A stretch of DNA of 63,725 bases, filler included, from Diploschistes diacapsis (GCA_023645945.1; 23 parts of 23 records of this genome joined end to end with filler, not necessarily neighbours in it), one strand, 5' to 3'. Positions 37,431 to 49,194 are shown, counted from the whole stretch's first letter. A program made the numbers and translations. Notes: a model not told the origin generated them from the letters alone.

Positions 37431-38194
37431 TCAAAGAGCGCTTTGGTGACTTTCAACAGATCAGAAGCGATGCCCTCAACGAAAAGTTCGTCGTCATCAA
37501 AGAAAGTCACCAGGAACTCATCAAAGAAGGAAGTTGTCGTCTCTACGCTCGTTCGCCCTCGAATTTGTCGCTCAAGCTCCTCGACGGCTCGTGTACTATG
37601 AACCATCTGTATCCCAGGATATTCTTACCCGAGTATGCTCTACTTAGTATGCACAGCGGGAGCTGCTGGATTGCTCACCCGAGCTCTTTATTATTTTCCT
37701 GCAGCGGTACGACATCTTAGCTGAAGGCAACCACTGCACGATACTCGTCTTTGCTGCTCCGCTTGCCTGTACAACTTGAACGAAAAAGAAGATAATATTT
37801 TAGACAATAATAGATAATCAACATGGACAAAATTGGTGCTGGTCGCTCGTGGTGATAGATACTCGTGAGGAGGGGGCCTGTTATTCTGCGACTTGGGGTG
37901 CCTTGCAAGGGAGACCTGTAAAACTGCCTCGAAGTGCACCACCGGTACTGGTCCATTCTTGTCCCGAGTGCTGGCGAACCGTGTCCACGTACTATATGTA
38001 GAGAGGCAAAAGAAGCAGAAAGTGCCGAGTTCGGGCACCGGTGCTGTTCCCCGATGTAGTGTGCTCACAGCGGAAAGACCTCTCGTTCCCATCCNNNNNN
38101 NNNNNNNNNNNNNNNNNNNNNNNNNNNNNNNNNNNNNNTTAATTAATTAANNNNNNNNNNNNNNNNNNNNNNNNNNNNNNNNNNNNNNNNNNNN

Positions 38195-38473
38195 AAATTG
38201 TACTATATATCTTTTAGAGAGGATTATAACGTAAAAACATTATATTACATATGGATAGATCGAGTTATAAGAATTTATGAATATTTAAAAAAATTATTAA
38301 CGATAAAGATAAGTTCTTTATCTTGAAATATTAAAAAATCATGCTAAAAGCGTTCGGTACGAAGTTAAAATATTTAAACGTTTATTACTTATAAATAGAG
38401 GGTTAAATAGAAAGAATAAATTAGATTCTTAAATAATATTTACGGTATTATATTAATTAAAATATAGATAATT
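38195..38473 (+). mobile_element. RIP-degraded Ty3/gypsy integrase core fragment
   Basis: After reversing C>T/G>A changes it reads like D.DK.F.S.YW...GT.L..S.AYHPQTEGQTER.NQ.LEQYLR.Y. Confidence 0.7.
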
Positions 38474-39259
38474 TGAGACAGCCCAGCCCAGGGGCCTGCC
38501 AAGCCACGGCAGGGTTAATGCCCAGGTGCTTGCCAAGCCACGGCAGGGTTAGTGCCCAGGGGCTTGCCAAGCCACGGCAGGGTCAATGCCTAGGTGCTTG
38601 CCAAGACACGGCAGGGTCAGGAAGTGGTTGTATAGATGGATAATCCCCGAACCCCGGTAGGTCTAATACCCATATTACTTAACGGTATTTTCCTTCTATT
38701 TAGATAATTTCTTCTTTAGCTTTTCGAATCGAGATCTTTTACCTATAGATATCCAGCTATATCTAATCCTTCCGGATTAGGCCCAGCTCCCGGTAAAATA
38801 ATATCCTTTCCTGCGCCGGCGTTTTATATTCGAAAAGTTTACTTTACTTTCGCACTCGTGACGAGAATTTAAAACGTCAACCGAATTAAGTATTCAAATG
38901 AATCCACGATAACCGGAACTCGAAAGTATTACCCGCCGATTTATTATAAATAATCACTCCCGTTAATAGAAAGGATTAAAAAAGAAAGAAAAAATTTATA
39001 ATACTTCTAACTTTTAAAAAATCAACCGAGATCTCAACGGTTAAAGAATACGATTTAAAAAACGAATCGATAAATAAAAAATAATCTATAAAATATCCCG
39101 CGTTACGATCATTATTTATATTAAAAACTTTCGAAAAATTTAATACTAACGAAGAATTAGTACGGAAAAGATTCTAAAAAGGTCCCCGCGACGAACTTAA
39201 GCGACGAATATTTTCGTTTAAAGACCCGATAAAAGAATAAGTTAATTAAGACAACGTTA
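38474..39259 (+). mobile_element. Family A element 5' end (probable LTR plus internal region) with a 34-bp tandem array; other copies at 48314-49094 (+), 59288-60072 (+), 62299-61391 (-)
   Basis: Four colinear copies start (T/C)GAGACAG..CAGCCCAGG in different flanks and align for about 700-800 bp, differing mostly by transitions. Confidence 0.75.
38494..38620 (+). repeat. 34-bp tandem repeat (GCTTGCCAAGCCACGGCAGGGTTAATGCCCAGGT), about 3.7 units; also 59322-59448
   Basis: Units start at 38494, 38528, 38562 and 38596. Confidence 0.9.
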
Positions 39260-39318
39260 ATGTGTTTCACGGTCATCTGGGCCTCCCCCCCATCTGAGCC
39301 ACTTCTGCCAAGAAATAT
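39260..39318 (+). mobile_element. Fot1/pogo-like TIR inserted at a TA in family A
   Basis: TA|ATGTGTTTCACGGTCATCTGGGCCTCCCCCCCATCTGAGCCAC. The empty site is visible in the family A copy near 49001-49020. Confidence 0.75.
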
Positions 39319-40116
39319 NNNNNNNNNNNNNNNNNNNNNNNNNNNNNNNNNNNNNNNNNNNNTTAATTAATTAANNNNNNNNNNNNNNNNNNNNNNNNNN
39401 NNNNNNNNNNNNNNNNNNAACATCCCGTATATTAAAGGTTATTAAGATGACGTTATTAAATATTATATGCGTAATTAGATCATTAATGATATTTATAATA
39501 GTCGTTATTAACGCTTAACGCTACAATAATACATTCAATTCAATAAATTCCGGTTTAAATTTAAGCCTAAATATTATTTCTTTCGTAAAAATCTTAACCA
39601 GTAGGAATCTCTTTATTGATCGTCGGCCACCATTATCCGGTTCGGATAGACTATAAAGAATAAGAGCAGAACCCTTTAAGATACTATGATCCATCGTTGA
39701 TCCAGATGATAAAGGTTTAATATCAGACTAAACTTATTTCGTATTATTAATGCGTCTTTGACGTAGAGTTGCCGACCACCATATGAAACGTATTATCATA
39801 TAAGACCCGGGTTGTATATAACTCGTATTCAACGCGTAACTATATCGTAACAATTATGTAAAATATTTAATAAATTATCTGATCGTGAAATTCATATATA
39901 AGAGGTTATTACAGCTTTAAAAGATAATAAGGTTTATAATATTTATGTTGTTGTTTAATACTTTCAAGTATCACGTTAAATCTTAACTCGCAGGTTTATC
40001 AGAGACGTTTCGTATATTATAACCCATCACAACGCTTTAAATCTTATAAACGCGGAAAAATTAATATTAATACGCTAGATATTACGATATATTATAGTAG
40101 GAACTTTTTTGACGTA

Positions 40117-40541
40117 ACGTGTTTGACGGTCATCTCGGCCACCCCCCCATCTCGGCCACTTTTGCCGGGGGATATTTTAAATCTTTAATAACTCTTCGAA
40201 TTTAAACGTTATCTTTGATTTTTTTTCGAAATGTTACTATTAGCTCAATCATCTATCATACCCGAGAAGTGCACATTGATCATGTCGGCAGTTATTTTTT
40301 TTAAAGCAAATTAAAAATAACGACTCGAAAACACGTAACGTGTTTCACGGGGATTCCGGCCACCCCCAGATTCCGGCCACCTTAAATCACTATTTTCATC
40401 TTATATTCGATCTTTCTCAACAATAACTACCTCACATAATAATAATTCGATTTTAATAAAAATTAATATCAACGACTATTTATAGATCTTAAAATTATAA
40501 TAATATATTAATATTCGAAAAACTATCCGCGTATTTAAAGT
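40117..40541 (+). mobile_element. Two nested Fot1/pogo-like ends (TIRs at 40117 and 40338)
   Basis: TA|ACGTGTTT..CGG TIRs with an internal direct repeat (CATCTCGGCCAC x2; ATTCCGGCCACC x2), the layout of Tan1/Vader/Pot2-type TIRs. 40117-40337 matches 60992-60774 on the minus strand. Confidence 0.8.
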
Positions 40542-40993
40542 NNNNNNNNNNNNNNNNNNNNNNNNNNNNNNNNNNNNNNNNNNNNTTAATTAATTAANNN
40601 NNNNNNNNNNNNNNNNNNNNNNNNNNNNNNNNNNNNNNNNNATTTAAATATCTTTTAAAATAAATATAATAGAAAACACGATTAAGCGATCGTTAAAGGC
40701 TAGATCTGTATTATTTTAAGTAATATGAGAGTTCGATATAGTTATAACGGATATCGCGAAAATTAGAAGAAATTATCTCGAAAATAAGGATAAGGCCGAT
40801 AAAAACGTTTCCAAAATAAAAATTTAAAAATTTAATAAATATAACGGAAATCGTAAAAAGTTTAAATATTAATTCTTATAACTCGTTTTAAATTTTTATT
40901 AAGGTTTTCGTATTAATAACGTCGAAGGCGGAAAAATCGTTTATATTACGGGTTTTATACGTGACCGCGTATTTATATAAATCGAGTCGTATC

Positions 40994-41232
40994 TATTATA
41001 AACACAAGGCGCGCTGTCTAGGGAGACTTCCCTTGCTGTAGTAGGTAGATAGTCGTAGGTGGTGTAGTAAGTGAATGTAGTGTGATCTCGTAGTCAACAG
41101 CATACCCAGATAAGACATTTATAAGGTGTAGGATGCATTGGATTCTTTAGAGCTACCTAGCAGGCTTCCTTAAATGGAGCTGCTCTGTAGAAACCACCCT
41201 TACTAAATCTACGGCCTACTTTTATGTTTATA
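40994..41232 (-). mobile_element. Family G LTR (~240 bp); other copies 42037-42276 (-) and 43471-43708 (+)
   Basis: Three homologous ~240-bp segments bounded by TGTAAAC...ATAA(C/T)A, sharing CCCTAGACAGCGCGCCTT and AATGCATCCTACACCT cores. Confidence 0.75.
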
Positions 41233-42300
41233 TACGATCCTTTTTTTAATAGTTCGCAGTCCTATAACGAATTCCATATAAGTCTTATTAATAAGAAATC
41301 TTTATCCTTCTATCTCTGTACCCTAATGTAATCCTATACTTCTCCGGCAACTAAAATATCTAGAAATTCATTATTCTTAACATTCCTTTCTCGACGTAAG
41401 CGTGCTTCTGAACCTATCTTTCAATATTCTATTCTTTAAATACAACTAGATAGAAGAACGGTACCTATTTAAAAACATCCCTATCTCCGATTATATTTAT
41501 ATTATCCGTAAATACTCCGCCCGATAAATACAATTAACAACACGTTCTATAGCCTTCTTCTTCTTTTTTCACCTTCCTTCCTTTCGTCACGATCAGCAAG
41601 AATTCAACTATAAATAAACATATAAAAAGATAAGTAAATAAACAAATCATATAAAAAAATAAAAAAATAAATTAAACGGAAAAATAAGAATATTATAAAA
41701 CTAACAAACAAAACAAATAACCGCGTAAATAACAGACAGTTTCCTATTATAGGCCCCTAAAACCNNNNNNNNNNNNNNNNNNNNNNNNNNNNNNNNNNNN
41801 NNNNNNNNTTAATTAATTAANNNNNNNNNNNNNNNNNNNNNNNNNNNNNNNNNNNNNNNNNNNNCTTTTGTCTAATACTGTTAATCCATTTAAAAATAAT
41901 CAAACCCTTTTTTTATTTCTTTTTTAATATTTTTATAAATAATTTCCTTTTATCGTCTGGAATCTTTATATCCTAATCTTCCCATTATTTTTCGTAAGAT
42001 ATGGAGAGGGTTTCAACAAGTTCTTAAATTGGCCCTTATTATAAATATAAGGCGCGCTGTCTAGGGAGATCTTTCTTACTATAGTTAATAAATGATCGTA
42101 TATACGCATAAAAAAAAGAATGTAATATGATCTAGTAATCTTGATCACAGCTATGAGATGATTTATAAGATATAGGATACATGATATTCCCTAAAGTTAC
42201 CTTGCCTGGCCTACCTAAATGGGGCAGTCCTGAGGGGACCCCCCACCAAGTCTAGCCGTTAAACTTTTTGTTTACAGTAGGAACCTCGGATCGTAACAGG

Positions 42301-42388
42301 TGGCAATAGTGGGCATTGAACCCACGACCTCTCACCTTTTAACGAAAAGGTTATTCAGCAATCATCTTCACCTTTCGACCATACTGCC
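42301..42388 (-). tRNA. tRNA pseudogene or tRNA-derived SINE head (isotype unclear)
   Basis: Minus strand GGCAGTA-TG-GTCGAAAGGTGAAGAT...AGGTC-GTGGG-TTCAATG-CCCAC-TATTGCC-A: paired acceptor stem, perfect T stem, A/B-box-like sequences; anticodon arm degenerate. Confidence 0.65.
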
Positions 42389-42619
42389 ATTATTTATTAT
42401 AATCTTTTTCCGTAAGTAGAAAGATTTATTTTATATTAATTCTTATTTCGGTCGCGTGCGAGCCCTTTCTTATCATTAATCATATATATTCTAATTAATA
42501 CTCAAGTCTACTTTATAGAAATAGAGATCATAATAATTATACGGGTCAGTCCATTACACCGATTAACATTCTAACTGAATATTTTAACCGAGATTCTAAA
42601 TAAATTTAAAGTAATTCTA

Positions 42620-42853
42620 CATCACGAAAAGTTTTTGGCGGCGAAACACCGCGAAAATCCGCGAAGTTGGCGAAACTGGCGAAACCGGCGAGGTGGGCGA
42701 AGATAATGCGTTCAAGCGACTCGCCAACTTTCGCCAAAAGGTTTGACGAAACGTGGCGAAACCGGCGAAACTGGCGAAACCGACGAAAGCTAGCGAAACT
42801 GGCGAAACTGGCGAAACTAGCGAAACCGGCAAAGATGGCGAGGCCAATCATTT
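42620..42853 (+). mobile_element. Family C transposon terminus with a 9-bp GGCGAAAC(T/C) array; related terminus at 47141-47361 (-)
   Basis: Shared terminal CATCACGAAAAGTTTTT and a shared inner block ending GCGAGGCCAATCATTT, in unrelated flanks. Confidence 0.7.
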
Positions 42854-43086
42854 CTTTACTAATATATTACATAAGCAACAAATTAATAATTAATGTATAT
42901 GCATAGCGAGCGGACACCCTTCTCGATTCGTACGTGTTGTAATTATATTTACGTAATCAATTCTTAAGATAATTTATTATATTAATNNNNNNNNNNNNNN
43001 NNNNNNNNNNNNNNNNNNNNNNNNNNNNNNTTAATTAATTAANNNNNNNNNNNNNNNNNNNNNNNNNNNNNNNNNNNNNNNNNNNN

Positions 43087-43166
43087 TTCCCTATTACACT
43101 ATATGTAGGTGCGTGGCTGTGGCAGCAGGGGGACCTGAACCCCAGGGCGCACCTTTGGGCGTTACA
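43087..43166 (+). mobile_element. Family H LTR 3' part
   Basis: TTCCCTATTACACTATATGTAGGTGCGTGGCTGTGGCAG...TTACA, shared with 47362-47524 and 61969-62142. Confidence 0.75.
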
Positions 43167-44598
43167 TTATTGATCTTTTAAGATATTTATGATTGTTATA
43201 AATTCTCGAAAATCTGTCGTGAATGATCTATCATCGTTGATCTTTAATAATTTAACATAACGTGATTCTTTTATTATGTAATCTGGCCGTTTGTTTAACG
43301 CGTTAGTTCGTTCGTTTGTTTTATCTACGATCTTTTTGATCGTAAAACGGTATCGTTCGAGAATTTTTAACTTACGAAATTGTTTCGGGTTGAATTTTTT
43401 TGTTATCGTGAACTTTAATAAGTTTATATGGTTTATATAGATTTCGGTTTCTTTTATTTCGTGAATATAGTGTAAACATAAAAGTAGGCGGCAGACTTAG
43501 TAGGGGTAGTCCCCACAAGGCAGCTCCATTTAAGGAGGCCTGCTAGGTAGCTCTAGACAATCAATGCATCCTACACCTCACAAATATTCTACCTAAATAT
43601 GTTATTAACTACGAAATCACACTACATTCTTTTATTACATCACCTAGGATTACCTACCTACTACTGCAAGAGAAGTCTCCCTAGACAACGCGTCTTGAAT
43701 TTATAATAAAGGTCAACCTGAGGACTTGTCTAAGGACCCTTTTATATCTTGTAAAAGATAAGAAGAAGGTTACGATCTAAAAGTTTCAGGCATAATAAAA
43801 AGATATTATTTATAAAAATATAGAAAAAGAAAGGAAAAGGGTATCTAATTATCCCTAAATAACCTACCAGCATTAAGAAAATAAAAGAACAGAATTTGGT
43901 TGAAATATATTCAAAAGATTAAACTGCGAACAGATAGGATATTAAGAAAGAATTAGAAATTAAAAATTATCGATATTAAAAACGATAAGCATTATTAACT
44001 CGAGTTACTCGGCATCGGATAGAAATTAAGTAAATTAATTAAGATTACGCGAATACGAACACGAGAAAAAGAAGATCGAATAAGAATAAATAGATTAAAT
44101 AGGATTATACGAATACGCACGTTAAAAAAAAAATATCGAATACGAGATTGAATACGGGTTTTCGAGAAAAATAGTAAAAAATAAATGAACAAAAGAACCA
44201 ATATTATCNNNNNNNNNNNNNNNNNNNNNNNNNNNNNNNNNNNNNNNNNNNNTTAATTAATTAANNNNNNNNNNNNNNNNNNNNNNNNNNNNNNNNNNNN
44301 NNNNNNNNATATATAGAACGTTTATAGGCCGAAAGATTCTTTATTTTTATTATAATATTTAAAATTTTAACGGCGAAAATTTAAAATATTTCCGAACCGA
44401 ATAACCAACGTCAGTCAGACCGTAATTAACCGCAGCGTTTTTTAAAAAGATATTTAAAACTAAATACAATCTAAAATAACTTTCTTTTAAATAAAAAAAA
44501 TCGACGTCGCGACGTCGAGAATTTTAAGTCCGTTTTTAAAGCGTTTTTAAAAACTTCGCGTCCAATACGACGTTATTTTTAAAAATATTTAAAATATA

Positions 44599-45430
44599 AC
44601 GTGTTTAACGGGGAACCGGGCCACCCCCAGAAGTGGGCCACCTCAAATTACTACCGCCAACATTCTACGGTTTTTAGATACAACCTATTCGTCGTAATTA
44701 GAATCTAATCGATCTAAATCGAATCTATCCTCTTCATCTTTATCTTCCTCGATTTCAGAAATGCGACGACGTTTTTTACGCGTTATAGATCGTTTCGAAA
44801 TTATCCGACTCGATTTAACCCGAACTGTTATTTTAAGAATTTCGTCTATATTAAACATAAAACGACCTTCTAATTCGATTCGTTTATTTAATTTACGTTT
44901 TTTACGATTATTAAGAAACGTTTTTTACTCTCGGTTTTCTTTACGAAGCGTTATAAACTTAATATACGTCGATTTAAACATACGGGTTATTTAACTCGAA
45001 TAACGTCGAATCGGATTAATTAGTTCTAAAACAGCTCGCAACGCCTAATTAAACTCTTTATTGGCCTTTTATAATTCGGTCGTATTTGATAGAAAGTTAT
45101 ATAATAAGAATAAATCTAAATCGAATTAATTCGAGATTAAAACAAAGCTATAAAATAAAAATGAAAAGATCCGATAAATCGAATAAAGCTTATTAAACAC
45201 GGTTATAAGATTAATAAACCATAATCCAGCATTTATAAAATTTATTTAAACGTGACTCGTAATAGCTCGATTTCGAATTATTAAAAATAATTCGACTTAT
45301 TCCGAACGTATTATACGCGATATATTTAATCGAATAATATAATCCGTTTTTTACGCCAACGCGCTTTTTAACGGCGAAAACACTACCACATCGAATAATT
45401 AAAAAAGATAAGAATTATACAGTAATAATA
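44599..45430 (-). mobile_element. Right end of a Fot1/pogo-like element with RIP-degraded transposase C-terminus
   Basis: TIR TA|ACGTGTTTAACGGGGAACCGGGCCACC at 44599. The minus strand reads KENRE..RKKRK..KR.ELEGRF.F..DE.L followed by an acidic tail, resembling fungal pogo transposase C-termini. Confidence 0.65.
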
Positions 45431-45530
45431 NNNNNNNNNNNNNNNNNNNNNNNNNNNNNNNNNNNNNNNNNNNNTTAATTAATTAANNNNNNNNNNNNNN
45501 NNNNNNNNNNNNNNNNNNNNNNNNNNNNNN

Positions 45531-45969
45531 ACTGGTCGATAGTATTTAGTATGTAATAGTTAGTCGGGCATTTCTTAACCATTTCTTATATATAGTTTAA
45601 TTAGGGTGATACGGGTTACGTAATGAGTAAAAGGTCTGGGAGACTATTTTACCCAGTCGTGGGTAGAAAAAAAGAACGGTAATTTTATTTATTTATTTAT
45701 TTATTTTATTAAGGGAGCTATTGATTATATAATAACGTCGTTATGGCCTTCATAAGTTTAGGGCGTGTTTATTTTTATAGATATTTTTAATTATTATTAA
45801 AAATCAATTTATATTCGTTACTTCTATTATTAAAGAGCCTTCTTTCTAGAGATAATCCAAGACCTATGACTGCTCTACCTTCTTCTCTTGCTTGCACTCC
45901 TCTTCTAACAGAGACCAAACCTACCTTGATCCTACTCGTGTATACCTTGTATAGATAGAGATCATAACA
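45531..45969 (+). mobile_element. Family F-related LTR 3' portion; similar end at 60173-60591
   Basis: Ends ...ACCTTGTATAGATAGAGATCATAACA; homologous to 46440-46643. Confidence 0.7.
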
Positions 45970-46190
45970 CTAATGTTTTTTTTTCTAAGTTTAAAAGGAT
46001 TTAAATCGTTTCGTAATTATTAAAACGAGATTGAGTTCTATTAAGTCGATCTATAATGGTCGATCGAGATATTTTAAATACGCGGGTAGTTTCTTGAATG
46101 TTAATATATTATTATGATTTTAGGGTCTGTAAATAGTCGTTGATATTAGATTTTATTAGAATCGAATTATTATTATGCGAGGTAGTTATT

Positions 46191-46643
46191 TGTTACGATC
46201 CAAGTACCAGACTTGGCACGTCCCAGCTTTATACATAGTCAGTCACGGGACCAGGGGTCACGTGATGCGCTTACTGCTCGCGCTCATTCCCGTGAACGGC
46301 GAGCGAATTTCATTATCGTTCGACGGTCGCGTTTATTCTCGTAAGCGGCGAGTTTCGAAAATATCGTTCGTTAAATTTATAATAAACGGCGAGCGAGTTA
46401 ATTATATATAAACACGACTTTACTTTCGTAGAAAAGGGCGTGTTTATTTTTATAAATATCTTTAACGATTATTCGGGATTAATTTATATTCGTTATTTTT
46501 ATTATTTTAAAACCTTCTTTTTAAAAATAATTTAAGATTTATAATTATTTTATCTTTTTTTTTTATTATATTTCTTTTTTAATAGAAATTAAATTCATCT
46601 TAATTTTACTCGTGTATATCTTATATAGATAAAGATCATAATA
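46191..46643 (+). mobile_element. Family F gypsy 5' LTR (~453 bp) inserted in a pogo-like element; another 5' end at 54904
   Basis: TGTTACGATCC...GATCATAA(T)A followed by the CTTAAA leader also seen at 51744. The left flank is the reverse complement of pogo sequence at 40420-40541. Confidence 0.78.
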
Positions 46644-47734
46644 CTTAAATACNNNNNNNNNNNNNNNNNNNNNNNNNNNNNNNNNNNNNNNNNNNNTTAA
46701 TTAATTAANNNNNNNNNNNNNNNNNNNNNNNNNNNNNNNNNNNNNNNNNNNNTAATAATAATTAATTAATAATTATATAACCATAATTACGTAATTAATT
46801 AATAATTATATAATCATAATTACGTAATTATTTTATTATTATTATTATTATATTATATAAAGTATTTTCGCTAAGTTAATAAATTATTAATAATACTCGA
46901 GTTAATTAGTATTAGTGATATCGGATTTAACGGGGTTTAAGAGATATTGTAAAATGTCGCGAAGATATTAAGAAAGGCGTATTTTATATTACGTAAGCGT
47001 GGATATTCGTGGCGTGAGAACTTTAGCGAGTTTTAAACGCTAGTTATCCGGCGTTAAATTAACGGATTTTTTATTATTTTTTTCGAAATTTTTTTTTTAA
47101 ATATTAAAAAAAGCTTTTTTATTTTGTGATTACGTAATAAAAATGATTGGCCTCGCTGGTTTCGCCAGTTTCGCCGGTTTCGCCGATTTCGTCAATTTCG
47201 CCAATTTCGCCAGTTTCGCTAACTTTCGCCAGTTTCGCCGGTTTTGCCGGTTTCGCCACGTTTCGCCAAACGTTTTGGCAAAAGCTAGCGAAATGGGCGA
47301 AACCCGCGAAACAGGCACTTTCGTCAGAAATTTTTTTTTGCTTGAAAAACTTTTCGTGATGGGGGGTATTGCCTAATAGGTAGCAACTATCCTACTGAGC
47401 CAAAAGACTGAACACAATGCTTTCAGGGACCCCGAAACACTGTTTCCCTATTACACTATATGTAGGTGCGTGGCTGTGGCAGCAGAGGGACCTGTACCCC
47501 GGTACGCACACTACGGGTGTTACAATTATAATAATTATAAATTACTTTTTAGAAAAAATAGTAAGAGATTCCTTTTTAAAAACTCCTTTTATATAAGCCC
47601 GCGGCCTTGGCGCGGTGCTAGGGCTGAGATCCTCCGCTCGCCTGGAGGACTGTCACAGGTATCTGTTACATTGATCCTTGTCGGAATATAAACATGAACT
47701 GCTGCTTGCTAAGAGGTGCGCATCTTTTGGTCTA

Positions 47735-47839
47735 GCGGTTTAGTTCAACAGGTTATGAGCCCGGGTAGCGTTTCCACTGCGCTGCGTCCCCGCCCCACCA
47801 TTTAGTTCAGAGGTCTGAGGTCGAGTCCCGCTCACGGCA
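47735..47839 (+). tRNA. Degenerate intron-containing tRNA relic
   Basis: GCGGTT-TA-GTTC-AACAGGTTAT-GAGC (D arm), CCGGG...TTCAG (anticodon stem around a ~40-nt insert), AGGTC, GGTCGAGTCCCGC (B-box-like), TCACGGC-A. Acceptor and T stems are partly mismatched. Confidence 0.45.
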
Positions 47840-47973
47840 GATTTGATCTGGCTGGAAAGAACATTAGTAAATANNNNNNNNNNNNNNNNNNNNNNNNNNN
47901 NNNNNNNNNNNNNNNNNTTAATTAATTAANNNNNNNNNNNNNNNNNNNNNNNNNNNNNNNNNNNNNNNNNNNN

Positions 47974-48313
47974 ACCGAGACCCGTTTTACTTAAAATACT
48001 AAAGATAAAGCCGATATTTAATCTCTTTTCCCGTCATTAATTAATTTACTTAGAACGTCCATAATCACGCGATAACCATATTTAATTAATTTATTTATAA
48101 AAGAATTATAAACCGAAATCTAGATTCGTTAAATTCCGTATTTGGTCAAAAGATCGATAATTTCTGTTTTATTTTCTAAACCACCGTCGACGATCATCTT
48201 CTCGAATATTTTTTATCGATAAATTAATTCTTCATAAATAAACTTAATAACCGTTTTTGAATCGTTTTTAACAATAGTTCGTGCTTTAATCTATCCGGAC
48301 AAATGATCCTTAG
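47974..48313 (-). mobile_element. RIP-degraded retrotransposon integrase fragment
   Basis: Minus strand reads VDGG.ENK....L...YGI.R..IS.YNS...G.R...D.LSK after allowing for transitions. Confidence 0.55.
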
Positions 48314-49194
48314 TGAGACAGCCCAGCCCAGGGGCCTGCCAAGCTGGGCCTGCCAAGCCACGGCAGGGTCAGGGGGTGGCTGTATAGATGGGTAGTCCCC
48401 GAACCCCGGTAGGCTGGCACCCACACTACTTAACGGTGCCCTCCTCCCATCTAAATAGTTTCTTCTTCAGCTTTTCGAATCGAGACCTTTTACCTATAGA
48501 TACCCAAGCTACACCTAATCCTTCCGGATCAGGCCCAGTTTCCGATAAAATAACATCCTTTCCTGCGCTGGCGTTTTATATTCGAAAAGCTTACTTTACT
48601 TTCGCATTCGTGACGAGAATTTAAAACGTCAACCGAACTAAATATTTGAGTAAATCCACGATAACCGAACTCGAAAATACTATCCGCCGACTTATTATAA
48701 ACAATAACCCCCGCTGATAAAAAGGATCAAAAAAGAAAAAGAAAATCTATAATATTTCCGACTTTTAAAGAATCAACCGAAATTTTAACGATTAAAAAAT
48801 ATAATTTAAAAAACGAATCGATAACTAAAAAACAATTTATAAAATATCTTACGTTACGGTAATCATCTATATTAAAAACTTTCGAGGGATTTAATATCAA
48901 CGAAAAATCAGTACGGGAAAGATCTTAAAAAGGTTCCCGCGACGAACCTAAACGAAAAATATCTTCGTTTAAAGATTCGATAAAAAAATAGATTAATTAA
49001 AATAACGTTATCGAAAACGTAATAAAGTTATAATTATAAAAATAAATAAAAAAAATCCATTATTGAATCGAAGAAGAATTAACGGAACTTATTGNNNNNN
49101 NNNNNNNNNNNNNNNNNNNNNNNNNNNNNNNNNNNNNNTTAATTAATTAANNNNNNNNNNNNNNNNNNNNNNNNNNNNNNNNNNNNNNNNNNNN

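Noticed and set aside
38494..38620. 34-bp repeats as a CRISPR-like array
   Set aside because: The units are head-to-tail with no unique spacers, there are no cas genes, and the context is a eukaryotic transposon.
42606..42906. ORFs with FAS/AKL repeats (also 47130-47376)
   Set aside because: They are translations of the 9-bp GGCGAAACT DNA array, open in several frames on both strands.
47596..47660. Hammerhead or HDV-like ribozyme
   Set aside because: CTGAGA plus a stem is present, but the GAAA core and stem III are missing, and I could not build the HDV pseudoknot.
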